The notes under the pieces were generated by a model. That model saw only the letters and a program-made list of their open reading frames with translations, was not told the origin of the DNA and searched no databases. Source: Verrucomicrobiota bacterium (GTDB lineage: Bacteria > Verrucomicrobiota > Verrucomicrobiia > Limisphaerales > SXQI01). From it: a DNA stretch of 64,000 nucleotides. The stretch's first letter is position 1, and each line of letters starts with the position of its first letter. Below are positions 18,711 through 28,676 of the stretch, piece after piece. A program made the position numbers and the translations under genes. The DNA is taken from positions 61,615-125,614 of the forward strand of contig JANRLX010000134.1 in NCBI GenBank assembly GCA_033762115.1, read 5' to 3'.

Positions 18711-21700
18711 TTACTTTCTGACGCGGAGGAATAATCCGTTTTGCACCGAGGAAGGAACGGCGGTGCTCCAATTTCCTTCGTTGTCAGTCGTCAAGGTGAC
18801 GAGGTCATTCCAATCATTCAAATCACTTGAACTCTCAAGAACCATTTCCATGTTTGGACGTGCATGAACAAAAATGCGTCCTGCTGCAATGGTGATTTGG
18901 GGGAGGCTGATTGGCAGGTCGATATTATCGATGAATCCAGCATCCAACCCATCTGCGAGGGCGAAATCCTTGACGTAAGACCATTCAAAGGAATTGGTCC
19001 CTTCAGGAACATCGAAGGTGAAACGGGCAAAGTTCGCCTGGGTTTGTCCAGACCAGCTGCCGATAATAACGCCATTTAACCGGAATTCCAGCTTGTCATA
19101 ATTCTTTTCAGAACTGACCAGGTAGTCAAAAGAACCTTGTCCTGCCTGGGTCATGGTGAACAAGGTCAGGCGATTGGTTGAATTATTAGCGGTTGAGCCT
19201 GAGCTTGCGGCTTGTGCTCCGTCAGCAACTGTTGCGCTTTGCACGACAAATCCCTGGGTTACCCATGGCAACCTGTTGAATCCATTTTCGAAATCTTCAG
19301 TGAATGTATGAATTTTAAAGCGGGCACGCGCTTCGACCGGTCCCGTCAGCTGGAAAGTAAATGGATTGCGGGTGGAGAGCACATTCCCATTCACATCCTC
19401 CCATCGGTCGAAATCATATCCGGGATTTGGCGTGGCGAGCAGTGATACCGCAGAATTGATCGGATAATTGCCAGGACCGAAGGAAACCACCCCATTGCCG
19501 AGGGAGCTTGCAGCCACTGAGAAGACCACGGAAGGCGTAAAGCTGTAGGTCATGGAGACAACGCCCGTTTTGCCGCCAAACCCGTCCACGGCGATCCGAT
19601 ACAACGTGTTTGCCCTGACACCCACGATCAATTCGGCAAACTGTGAATTTGGTGTGTCGTCATTGCTTCCGATCCGAACCAGCGTCGGAAGGGTCGTTCC
19701 GGTGTAGATGCCTAGCAATGTATCGATATCTGAGCCGTCAGTGGTCACGAATAATGCGCCGTCAGAAGGAGCACGCCATGACCACCAGACAGAATGGCCA
19801 CCTTCATTTCCTCCATGATTCGGCTCCCCGAATTCCTTTTGCGCATTGGAATTGTCCGCTGAAACCGTGCCGCTGGCATTCGTCAGCATTGGAGCAAGGG
19901 CAAAAATATCGTTGGTGGTTGTCAGCGGTTGGTAAGTGACGGTGATTGTTTTCTGGGCTGAAATGTTTTCAGCCGCATCGATTGCCTTCACCGTAATCCG
20001 GTTCAAACCCATTTCCAAAAGATTGGTGCTCGCCCAGTTGGTCGTGCCGGAGGCGGCGATGGAAAGATTATCATTCACCTGAACCTGAACTTCGACCACT
20101 CCGGAAGAGTTTGGCTGCGGATCGAATGCTGTGCCGCTGATGCGAACATGTGGTTCACCACGACGCAGGACAATTCCGCTGACGGGTTCCAGAATAGTCA
20201 CAACCGGCGGTGTGCTGTCTGGAGTGCCATTGCGTTCAATTCGTAAACGAACGAACCCGCGAGCGGTGGGGTTCGCCCCTGCAACCGCAATGTAATAGGT
20301 TGCGCCAGCGGTCACATCAAACGTGACGTAGGGGTTCATTTTGGTTCCGATATTGTCTGCCGCAGCAACCTGCGAAAGATTATCGATACTGGTTCCACGG
20401 TAAACCGCGAGAACACTATCAAAGCTGGTTCCGGCAGCATCCACGATTACTGGACCGGTAAAGCTTGGAGACCAGGACCACCAAATGGAAGCGTCGCGTC
20501 CTGGAACATTGGCATGGACCTGCTCGTTTGGTTCAATAGTTGCAAGACGGTTATCACCTTCGACCAGGTCACCAGCGGATTTTATCTTGATCGCATTGGC
20601 AATCAGGTCATTTGAAGGAGGCAACACCACCTGATAAAAAACATTGGTGGTAACAGATTGCTTTAAAGGAGCGGAAATAGTGAGTTGAAGAGGATAATTC
20701 CCGGGTAATGGCGAAGCGATAAACTGAGCTGTATAAATCGAATCAAGCGCCACTTCATCAGGAGCAGCGCCGTCATTTCTGAAGATCACAGGTCCTGTGG
20801 TTCCCTCGAAGGTCCCGGTCACAGTGGCGTTGGTCACCCCCAGATCATCAGTCACTGTCACCTGAAATACCTGGGTGCTGCCTGCCTGAATAAAGGAGTT
20901 TCTCGAAGGAGTGAAGAACAGTTCGAGGGTCCCATCTTCAGAACCGAAAAGTGCGCGAGCAACGTTCAGGCGACCGCCTGTAAGGGTGCGGTTCCGCAGC
21001 GAAGGAACTGCGGTCACTCCATTCAACAAACGCTGACGGATTTCCGAATAGGTGGCATTGGTTGAAGTGGACCACAGTAATACCGCAGCTCCTGAAACGT
21101 GCGGGGCGGCCATACTGGTTCCATCAATGGTGTTGTAGGCATTATCAGAACCAATCCAGGTTGAATAAATCTCCACTCCTGGCGCCCCCAAATGAACATT
21201 TGTCGCCCCAAAATTGGAAAAATCCGCCAGGAGGTTGAATCGGTCCAGCGCTGCCACAGCAATAATGTTATCCACTTGATATGCAGATGGATATCTTGGA
21301 AACGCGTCATTATCTGTCCCTTCATTGCCAGCCGATGCCACGAACAGAACTCCCGCATCACGTGCCTTAATGATTGAATTCAGCAAAGCCTGGGAAAAGG
21401 CTCCTCCACCCCAACTGTTCTGGAGAATGCGGGCCCCGTTCTCGACAGCAAAGTCAACACACTGAATGGCATCTGAGGTAAAACCAAAACCGTCCTCCGC
21501 GAGGAATTTGCATGCCATGATCTGAACATTCCAGGCAACTCCCACGTGTGAATTTCCGTCATTCGCAACTGCGCCAATGGTTCCAGAGACATGCGTTCCG
21601 TGACCATTGTCATCATCAGGATCTCCGGAATCTGCGACGGCATTTATCCCAAAGATGTTGTCCACGTAACCATCTCCATCATCGTCCAGTCCATTTTGGA

Positions 21701-22274
21701 CCTCACCTGGGTTCCGCCACATTTGAGGGGCCAGTTCCCGGTGCCGATAATTCACTCCTGAATCAATGACCGCCACCACGATGGAACGAGAACCAGTCGT
21801 TACATCCCACGCAGGCACAACGTTAATGTCATTACCCGCAACTCCTCCATTCTGCCCCTGGTTTCTCAATCCCCAAAGGGTTCCATTGACAAACGCTGGG
21901 TCAGTTGGGGTGAGGGAGCCTTGCACCACATAATCCGGTTCGACAAATTGAAATAATCCGCTTTGTTGCAGTGCCGCGATGCGAGCCTTGAGCGCACCTT
22001 CCTGATCTCCGGCTGCAACATTCTGCCTGGCAAGACCCACATTAGGGTCAAGCAGGACCAGCCCAGTCACGCTGTAGCGATGGAGCACTTGAAATTCACC
22101 TCCAGCAGCCTGGGCCTGGACCTGATCCGCAATTTCTGGCCGAAATTGTGCCAGTACTCGGGTCGGGTGAGCTTTCTTTCCGTCAACTTCGATCGTTTCA
22201 GCGGCATGAGAAGCAATCCCGCTGACGAGCAGGATGCAAGCTGTCCAAATACGCACGTGGGCCTTCGCTATCAT
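18711..22274 (-). CDS. Large secreted S8 serine peptidase with two PPC-like jelly-roll repeats, Ig-like domains and a C-terminal beta domain
   Basis: Signal peptide; VAVIDSG, HGTHVSG, SAGN, GTSMAAPH; duplicated ND...E..H..S(I/V)WWSW...D(S/T)..(A/G).Y.G modules. Confidence 0.92.
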   Translation of the reverse strand: MIAKAHVRIWTACILLVSGIASHAAETIEVDGKKAHPTRVLAQFRPEIADQVQAQAAGGEFQVLHRYSVTGLVLLDPNVGLARQNVAAGDQEGALKARIAALQQSGLFQFVEPDYVVQGSLTPTDPAFVNGTLWGLRNQGQNGGVAGNDINVVPAWDVTTGSRSIVVAVIDSGVNYRHRELAPQMWRNPGEVQNGLDDDGDGYVDNIFGINAVADSGDPDDDNGHGTHVSGTIGAVANDGNSHVGVAWNVQIMACKFLAEDGFGFTSDAIQCVDFAVENGARILQNSWGGGAFSQALLNSIIKARDAGVLFVASAGNEGTDNDAFPRYPSAYQVDNIIAVAALDRFNLLADFSNFGATNVHLGAPGVEIYSTWIGSDNAYNTIDGTSMAAPHVSGAAVLLWSTSTNATYSEIRQRLLNGVTAVPSLRNRTLTGGRLNVARALFGSEDGTLELFFTPSRNSFIQAGSTQVFQVTVTDDLGVTNATVTGTFEGTTGPVIFRNDGAAPDEVALDSIYTAQFIASPLPGNYPLQLTISAPLKQSVTTNVFYQVVLPPSNDLIANAIKIKSAGDLVEGDNRLATIEPNEQVHANVPGRDASIWWSWSPSFTGPVIVDAAGTSFDSVLAVYRGTSIDNLSQVAAADNIGTKMNPYVTFDVTAGATYYIAVAGANPTARGFVRLRIERNGTPDSTPPVVTILEPVSGIVLRRGEPHVRISGTAFDPQPNSSGVVEVQVQVNDNLSIAASGTTNWASTNLLEMGLNRITVKAIDAAENISAQKTITVTYQPLTTTNDIFALAPMLTNASGTVSADNSNAQKEFGEPNHGGNEGGHSVWWSWRAPSDGALFVTTDGSDIDTLLGIYTGTTLPTLVRIGSNDDTPNSQFAELIVGVRANTLYRIAVDGFGGKTGVVSMTYSFTPSVVFSVAASSLGNGVVSFGPGNYPINSAVSLLATPNPGYDFDRWEDVNGNVLSTRNPFTFQLTGPVEARARFKIHTFTEDFENGFNRLPWVTQGFVVQSATVADGAQAASSGSTANNSTNRLTLFTMTQAGQGSFDYLVSSEKNYDKLEFRLNGVIIGSWSGQTQANFARFTFDVPEGTNSFEWSYVKDFALADGLDAGFIDNIDLPISLPQITIAAGRIFVHARPNMEMVLESSSDLNDWNDLVTLTTDNEGNWSTAVPSSVQNGLFLRVRK

Positions 22275-22410
22275 CTGATTAGAGTAAAAATTCGGGTCTC
22301 GAATAGTTCAATATGAACCTGTTCCTGTCAATCTTCGTATCTGTTTGTTTCAACATTAAATCCGATTTCCCCCGATACCAATCCTCGGGGCTGGAAGGGA
22401 AACTGGGATT

Positions 22411-24135
22411 GTGAAAATGTTCGGTTTAACACAGTTTAGCCTGCTATTCCTGTTATTGAACGGATTTCTGATGCATCATCTTTTTGGTTCGCAAACAGGA
22501 ATGACCTGTCTTACTGAGCCATTTCAAACCTTCGATAACGGCTTGGAACGTCAAACGGAGCATTCTCCATTCCAAACGATCAAGATCTTCCGTATCGCAG
22601 CGGCTGCGAGTGGGGAATTTACAGCATATCATGGAGGAAAGGAAGCAGCATTGAAGGAGGTCCTCACCGCTTTGAAACGCGCTTCCGACATCTTTGAACG
22701 GGAGGCAGGCGTTCGGCTCCAACCGATCACAAACATCGCCGACCTTATTTTTATTGATTCCCGGACCGACCCTTTTTCTGCCAACGATGCTTCCATGACC
22801 ACTATTCATGAAGCTCAGGATACGTTCGATGCCATTGTTGGTAATGCAAATTACGACCTGGGAATCCTCTTTAATACAGGGCTCTACGGTCTCGCCTATA
22901 TTCGCAGCGTTTGTGACCCCATGACCAAGGGTTCAGCGGTCATCGGGTTGCCCAATCCATCCGGAGACGCGTTTCACGTCAACTTTGTCATCCATGAAAT
23001 TGCTCACCAATTCGGCGCGAATCACACTTTTAATTCTCCAAGCGGCCTTTGTGCGGAACGGCGTAATCCCTGGACTGCATTCGAACCAGGAGCCGGTTCA
23101 ACCATTATGAGTTATGCAAGTGTTCCCTGCCAGCCAGACCATTTCCAGACCGGGCATGATCCCTACTTTCATTCTGAATCGATCTCAGAGATACGTGCTT
23201 TCATCAAAAGCCCTTCAGCCAGTTGCGCCATGACGATTACAAGTTCAAATCGAATCCCAACTGTTCAGGCTGGAGGGGAATATTTCATTCCCGTAGGGAC
23301 ACCGTTCGAATTAACTGCGATTGCCAGCGATCCTGATGGCGATCCGCTGACTTACTGCTGGGAAGAAAGGGACCTGGGGCCAGCCCAGATGCTCTCTGAC
23401 CCCGATAATGGGCAAAGTCCGTTGTTTAGATCACGCCCACCGAGCGTGAATTCCACGCGTGTTTTCCCGATGTTGCCGCTGCCATCTGGCGAAAACCGGA
23501 CACTCGAAGACCGGCTTCCCACGACAGATCGGACCTTACGTTTTCGGGTCACTGTCAGAGATAATCAAAATAATGGTGCCCTTGCCTGGGCTGATACCCG
23601 GATTTTTGTCACGAATGTGGCAGGTGCTTTCCGGGTTATTGTTCCGACGGGAACGGTTCAATTGGAAGAAGTTGTTCCCGTCCAATGGGAGGTTGCCGGC
23701 ACAGCTGGGCCCCCCTTCAACGCTGGCCAGGTAACCATTCTGCTCTCGACCAATTCAGGGCTGACCTTCGATTATGTCCTTTCAGCGGCGACAGCAAACG
23801 ATGGATATGAAATCGTGAGGATTCCGGCTCTCAATAGCTCTGCTGCAAGGATTAAAGTTAAACCCTTGGGACAGGTTTTCTTTGCCATCAATGACTCGGA
23901 CCTGCAAATTTCCTCTGCTGGATATCATCTCTCCGTTACCGAACTTGATTCAGGCTCATTTCAACTCAGCTGGTATGGATCGGCGGGGCAGGTTTCTCAT
24001 CTACAAAAAAGAGAGCTTCCGCATGGGACATGGGGAACTATCCTTTCAATAACAAATCAGGTTTCGACAACAAACAGGGTGGCTCTTGATTTTGACTTTT
24101 CAGGTAAAGGCTATCTCTATCGGATCGTCCAATAA
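22411..24135 (+). CDS. Secreted reprolysin-like (M12B) zinc metallopeptidase
   Basis: HEIAHQFGANH metzincin motif; EPGAGSTIMSYA Met-turn; Ig-like domain (ASDPDGDPLTYCWE). Confidence 0.88.
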   Translation: MKMFGLTQFSLLFLLLNGFLMHHLFGSQTGMTCLTEPFQTFDNGLERQTEHSPFQTIKIFRIAAAASGEFTAYHGGKEAALKEVLTALKRASDIFEREAGVRLQPITNIADLIFIDSRTDPFSANDASMTTIHEAQDTFDAIVGNANYDLGILFNTGLYGLAYIRSVCDPMTKGSAVIGLPNPSGDAFHVNFVIHEIAHQFGANHTFNSPSGLCAERRNPWTAFEPGAGSTIMSYASVPCQPDHFQTGHDPYFHSESISEIRAFIKSPSASCAMTITSSNRIPTVQAGGEYFIPVGTPFELTAIASDPDGDPLTYCWEERDLGPAQMLSDPDNGQSPLFRSRPPSVNSTRVFPMLPLPSGENRTLEDRLPTTDRTLRFRVTVRDNQNNGALAWADTRIFVTNVAGAFRVIVPTGTVQLEEVVPVQWEVAGTAGPPFNAGQVTILLSTNSGLTFDYVLSAATANDGYEIVRIPALNSSAARIKVKPLGQVFFAINDSDLQISSAGYHLSVTELDSGSFQLSWYGSAGQVSHLQKRELPHGTWGTILSITNQVSTTNRVALDFDFSGKGYLYRIVQ

Positions 24136-24217
24136 ACATTGTCAAACCCCCTTTGCAAGCCTCTCAGGTCATTTGTCCATTGACGAAACAGGCAGGGTTG
24201 AAATCTAATCCGCCCCT

Positions 24218-25771
24218 ATGTTGAAGGTGCAACGTGCGCTGCTGTCGGTTTCAGATAAAATGGGATTGGTTCCTTTTGCCAGGATCCTGGCAGATGCCGA
24301 AATCGAACTGCTCTCAACGGGCGGCACTGCAAAAGCGCTTCGCGAAGCAGGGTTAAGTGTTAAGGATATCAGCGAACACACAGGATTCCCTGAGATGCTT
24401 GATGGCCGTGTGAAAACGCTTCATCCGAAGGTCCATGGGGGTCTCCTATATATTCGTGGTAACGACCGGCATGAAGAAGCGGTTCGTGAACATGGAATCA
24501 CTCCAATTGACCTGGTAGTGGTGAATCTTTATCCATTTGAAAAAACCGTCGCCAATCCAGACGTTTCACTCCATGACGCCATCGAGAACATTGATATTGG
24601 CGGGCCGAGCATGCTCCGCAGCGCGGCGAAAAATCATGACAGCGTCACCGTGATTGTTGATCCAGCGGATTACGAGGAAGTCGGAAAACAAATTCGTGCG
24701 ACGGGGAACACCACACTCGAAATGCGACGTCAATTGGCCTGCAAGGTGTATGCCCGCACAGGAGCTTACGATCAGGCCATTGCCAAACATCTTGAAAAAG
24801 CCTTTGGAACCGGAGCAAAATCTGCAAGTGAGGAACCTTTAAAAATAGAGGCGCCACTCGTTCAATCGTTGCGCTATGGTGAAAACCCCCATCAAAAAGC
24901 TGCGCTGTACGGCAAATTCAATGATTATTTCCTGCAACTGCATGGGAAAGAACTTTCATATAACAATATCCTCGACCTTACCGCCGCAGCCAATCTGATC
25001 ACGGAATTCAATGGGGAAAGTCCAACCCTCGCCATCCTCAAGCACACGAATCCATGCGGGGTGGGGCAGGGAGACACCCTTCGCGAAGCCTGGGAGAAAG
25101 CTTTTGCGACAGACAAACTAGCTCCATTTGGTGGAATTATCGCGGTCAGCCGAACTCTGGACCTCCTTTGTGCGGAGGCGATTGCAGAAATCTTTAGCGA
25201 GGTGATTATCGCTCCCGAGTACGATCCTGCAGCGCTGGAGTTGCTGAAAAAGAAAAAAAATCTTCGTCTTTTGAAAATATTAAAAGATCCATTTACCTCT
25301 GGGCGTGTCGATCTGCGAAGCGTAGGGGCTGAATCATTTCTTTTACAGGAGCGAGATATCCGCAAAGTGGCTCCTGCTGACCTGAAAGTCGTCACCAAAC
25401 GGCAACCAAGCCCGGAAGAATTAAAAGCCATGCTCTTTGGCTGGCGGGTGGTAAAACATTTAAAATCCAACGCCATTGTTTACACCGGCCAGGATAGAAC
25501 CTTGGGCGTGGGGGCCGGGCAAATGAGCCGGGTGGATTCCAGCCGTATCGCGGTCTGGAAAGCGGGAGAGGCGGGATTGTCCCTGAAAGGAAGCGCGGTT
25601 TGCAGCGATGCGTTTTTTCCATTTCCAGATGGATTGATTGCCGCTGCAGAAGCAGGAGCAACTGCTGCAATCCAGCCAGGAGGATCAGTCCGTGACGCTG
25701 AAGTCATCGCCGCTGCTGATGAGCGAAACGTGACCATGGTCTTTACTTCAATTCGCCATTTCAGGCATTAG
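24218..25771 (+). CDS. purH: Bifunctional AICAR transformylase / IMP cyclohydrolase
   Basis: [64 protein letters not shown]. Confidence 0.98.
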   Translation: MLKVQRALLSVSDKMGLVPFARILADAEIELLSTGGTAKALREAGLSVKDISEHTGFPEMLDGRVKTLHPKVHGGLLYIRGNDRHEEAVREHGITPIDLVVVNLYPFEKTVANPDVSLHDAIENIDIGGPSMLRSAAKNHDSVTVIVDPADYEEVGKQIRATGNTTLEMRRQLACKVYARTGAYDQAIAKHLEKAFGTGAKSASEEPLKIEAPLVQSLRYGENPHQKAALYGKFNDYFLQLHGKELSYNNILDLTAAANLITEFNGESPTLAILKHTNPCGVGQGDTLREAWEKAFATDKLAPFGGIIAVSRTLDLLCAEAIAEIFSEVIIAPEYDPAALELLKKKKNLRLLKILKDPFTSGRVDLRSVGAESFLLQERDIRKVAPADLKVVTKRQPSPEELKAMLFGWRVVKHLKSNAIVYTGQDRTLGVGAGQMSRVDSSRIAVWKAGEAGLSLKGSAVCSDAFFPFPDGLIAAAEAGATAAIQPGGSVRDAEVIAAADERNVTMVFTSIRHFRH

Positions 25772-25853
25772 AAGCTCGGTTGATCCCCATTCCTTGTTTT
25801 TGAGCGAAACAAATTGTTTCGGTTTTTGTGTGGTTACGATTTAATTATCCATT

Positions 25854-26531
25854 ATGACCAGTCGTCGCGCTGCCATAAAGCGCGTAACCAAAGAAACTCA
25901 GATTGCCCTCAAGCTGAATATTGACGGCTCTGGAAAATCCCGAATCCGGACGGGGGTGCCTTTCTTTGACCACATGCTGACCCTGTTCGCGAAGCATTCC
26001 GTAACGGACCTGGATTTGGTTTGCAAAGGGGATTTGGAAGTTGATGCGCATCATACTGTTGAAGATTGTGGAATTGCCCTGGGACAGGCATTTCTCCAGG
26101 CATTGGGAGAAAAAAAAGGAATCCGCCGTTATGGAACGGGGTTTGATCCCCGAAACCCTTCACAAAATAAAAGCTTGAGCGGAGAAGCATTCGTTCCCAT
26201 GGATGAATGCCTGGCGCGTTGCGTGATTGATTTCAGCGGTCGGCCTTATCTGGTGTGGAGGGGGTTGGACCATCATTCATTGAGGAGCATTTCAGCCCAG
26301 GAAAAAGAGCAGGATATGTCCTCCCGTTTTCGGTTCGGTCTGGCCCGGGAATTTTTTCAGGGATTTGCCAACGAAGCCCGCTGCAACCTGCATTTGGAAC
26401 TTTTGTATGGGGAAGAGCCGCATCATGTTGCAGAGGTATTATTCAAGGCTTTTGCCAAAGCGGTGGACTTGGCCTGCCAGATTGATTCCCGCATCTCCGG
26501 CCAACTCCCCTCAACCAAGGGAAAATTGTAG
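25854..26531 (+). CDS. hisB: Imidazoleglycerol-phosphate dehydratase
   Basis: TKETQI, FFDHML, DAHHTVED, PMDE, HHVAE.LFKA, PSTKG. Confidence 0.96.
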   Translation: MTSRRAAIKRVTKETQIALKLNIDGSGKSRIRTGVPFFDHMLTLFAKHSVTDLDLVCKGDLEVDAHHTVEDCGIALGQAFLQALGEKKGIRRYGTGFDPRNPSQNKSLSGEAFVPMDECLARCVIDFSGRPYLVWRGLDHHSLRSISAQEKEQDMSSRFRFGLAREFFQGFANEARCNLHLELLYGEEPHHVAEVLFKAFAKAVDLACQIDSRISGQLPSTKGKL

Positions 26532-26564
26532 CCTCTCTGAATACCTGCATGAGGGGAAGCGTCA

Positions 26565-27176
26565 ATGAGTAAGAAGACGAACATCGACTATCCGAGCGCG
26601 CAAGATCAGGATCTGGTCAAAGCGGCCCAAAAAGGTGACACAGTTGCCTTTGAGGAGTTGGTGGCTCGTCATCGGGATAAGATATATGCCCGTGCGTTCA
26701 GCATGTTGCGGAACGAAGATGATGCGGTTGATCTTTCACAGGAAGCATGGGTAAAGGGTTGGCAAAGGCTGATCCAGTTTCATGGTGATTCCAGTTTTGC
26801 CACCTGGATGACCCGGATTGTGATCAATCTCTGTTTGGATCATATCCGGAAACAGAAACGGGTTCGTGCCGAGTCCCTCGACCAGATTGAGGATGATATG
26901 GGCGGGGTGGAGCGTCAGATGCCGATCGTCAATCCCAACCCAACCGAGGGTCTGGAAAGAGGCGAGTTGAGAGTGCGCATTGATAAGGCGCTTGCTCAAT
27001 TGTCGCACGAACACAGGACCGTCTTGATTTTGCACGAGTTTGAAGATTTGGAATATAAATTGATTGCCCAGAAAATGGAGTGCTCGATAGGGACTGTGAT
27101 GTCACGCCTGTTTTATGCGCGACGCAAAATGGCGGCTCTCCTGGCCAATCTGAAAAAAGAAGAATTTGAGAAGTGA
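26565..27176 (+). CDS. ECF RNA polymerase sigma factor (RpoE-like)
   Basis: AFEELV, DAVDLSQE, F.GDSSFATW..RI..N, GTVMSRLFYAR. Confidence 0.93.
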   Translation: MSKKTNIDYPSAQDQDLVKAAQKGDTVAFEELVARHRDKIYARAFSMLRNEDDAVDLSQEAWVKGWQRLIQFHGDSSFATWMTRIVINLCLDHIRKQKRVRAESLDQIEDDMGGVERQMPIVNPNPTEGLERGELRVRIDKALAQLSHEHRTVLILHEFEDLEYKLIAQKMECSIGTVMSRLFYARRKMAALLANLKKEEFEK

Positions 27177-27649
27177 TGAATAACGAACCAAAATTGAAAA
27201 TCCAGTCCTACCTGGATAACGAACTTTCCGCCACGGAAGGTCGGGAAGTGGCAGCCCTGTTGGAAAAAGATAGCAATGCCCGCGCCTTGTTTACTGAATT
27301 GAAGGACACCAAGGCATTGCTGGTCAATAACGAACCAACCTATAGACTGGCTGATTCCCGTGAATTTTACTGGTCCCGGATCGAACGCGCCATTGCCGCT
27401 ACTCCGCAGGAACCGCCCAGGGTTTTGGCCCCGTGGTGGTTGCGTGTGCTGGCTCCGCTGGCTGGATCTGCCGCAGTGCTCACGCTTTTGGTGAGTTTAT
27501 CGTTATCGAACAAAACCCCAGAACAGCTTGTTTCCAATTTGGACGTGACAGAAACCTCCGCCTTGATCGAGGAAGAAGCTGGCGGAATCAGCTTTCACTC
27601 TGCGAATCATGGCCTTACCGTGGTCTGGGTCGCTACCGGCGATCAGTAA
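27173..27649 (+). CDS. Putative membrane anti-sigma factor
   Basis: Overlaps the sigma stop codon; YLDNELS N-terminal anti-sigma-like helix; one TM segment (WWLRVLAPLAGSAAVLTLLV). Confidence 0.8.
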   Translation: MMNNEPKLKIQSYLDNELSATEGREVAALLEKDSNARALFTELKDTKALLVNNEPTYRLADSREFYWSRIERAIAATPQEPPRVLAPWWLRVLAPLAGSAAVLTLLVSLSLSNKTPEQLVSNLDVTETSALIEEEAGGISFHSANHGLTVVWVATGDQ

Positions 27650-27690
27650 TTTACAAATTTATTGATTCCAGTAACTTCTCATCACTTTCT

Positions 27691-28131
27691 ATGTTAAAAC
27701 GCCTTGCGGTTTTCGCGCCTCTTTTTCTTCTGCTGCTCGCTTCTGTGCCTTCATCTCTGGCAGGCGATTTAAAGCTGAAGGCGCGGCTGATTTGGGGAAC
27801 CAACGGTGAAAAACCGGAGGGCAAGGATCTCAAGGAAGTGGACTCCGCAATGAAGGAGAAATTGTGCGGGGTCTTCAAATGGAAAAATTATTACGAGGTT
27901 AACTCCCAGGAAATCGTTGTTCCACACACTCAGTCAAAGACAATAAAAATGAGCGAGAAATGTGACGTGGAAATTAAATCGTCTGATAAGGGAACAGCAG
28001 AATTTGTCCTGATCGGGGAAGGAAAACCGGTGAAAAAAGTTAAGCAGGCATTGCCAATGTCTGAATCCCTGGTCCTGGCCGGTGAGGACAAAAACGAGAC
28101 TGCCTGGTTCGTGGTGCTGACACCGCAGTAA
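27691..28131 (+). CDS. Small secreted hypothetical protein in the ECF/anti-sigma operon
   Basis: Clear signal peptide from ATG 27691 (MLKRLAVFAPLFLLLLASVPSSLA); the longer 27433 start overlaps the anti-sigma gene. Confidence 0.75.
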   Translation: MLKRLAVFAPLFLLLLASVPSSLAGDLKLKARLIWGTNGEKPEGKDLKEVDSAMKEKLCGVFKWKNYYEVNSQEIVVPHTQSKTIKMSEKCDVEIKSSDKGTAEFVLIGEGKPVKKVKQALPMSESLVLAGEDKNETAWFVVLTPQ

Positions 28132-28142
28132 AAGAATCAGCC

Positions 28143-28610
28143 TCAGGTCGCCCGCCCGAAAAATTCCATCTGGTTTTCCCGCGCTGCTCCTTCCATGTAC
28201 GCGTAGAGAGACAAGTCCTTGTTTTCTTCCTCCATCTGTCCGTCCAAAAGGGCCACCAACGCTCCGCTGTCATTGTTGCGCCGACCGGACCAAAGATCGA
28301 CCCAGCTTCGGAACTGCTCTGAATGCGGAGATTGTCGATGTGCCGCAATGATGATCATATCAGCTTCCGCTGCCTGTTCTGCCGCTTTGATTTTTAAACC
28401 AGGAGTGGAAAGCACATCGATACTCCAAACAGATTTTTTCACATCGACATCCGAACCCAATTGACGAACCACATGATCACAGGTTCGCATCGCGGTACTG
28501 TTTGTCACATTGTCTTCGTAAGCAATCACTACCCTAAAAGGGGAGTTTTTAGGGCAAAGTTCCGCATTGCTTTGGGAGGACGAGGCTTTCATCAGAGATA
28601 AGTGTGACAT
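28143..28610 (-). CDS. Hypothetical protein, possibly a receiver-like alpha/beta fold
   Basis: RVVIAYED...AAEADMIIIA...ALVALL alternating beta/alpha pattern; start uncertain (28664 TTG, 28610 ATG or 28592 ATG). Confidence 0.6.
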   Translation of the reverse strand: MSHLSLMKASSSQSNAELCPKNSPFRVVIAYEDNVTNSTAMRTCDHVVRQLGSDVDVKKSVWSIDVLSTPGLKIKAAEQAAEADMIIIAAHRQSPHSEQFRSWVDLWSGRRNNDSGALVALLDGQMEEENKDLSLYAYMEGAARENQMEFFGRAT

Positions 28611-28676
28611 CTTTTGAGCAATGCAAAAACCCGAAATCTGCTTCAGGTAATTTCTTAGTCCCAAGTAAGGTATTGC

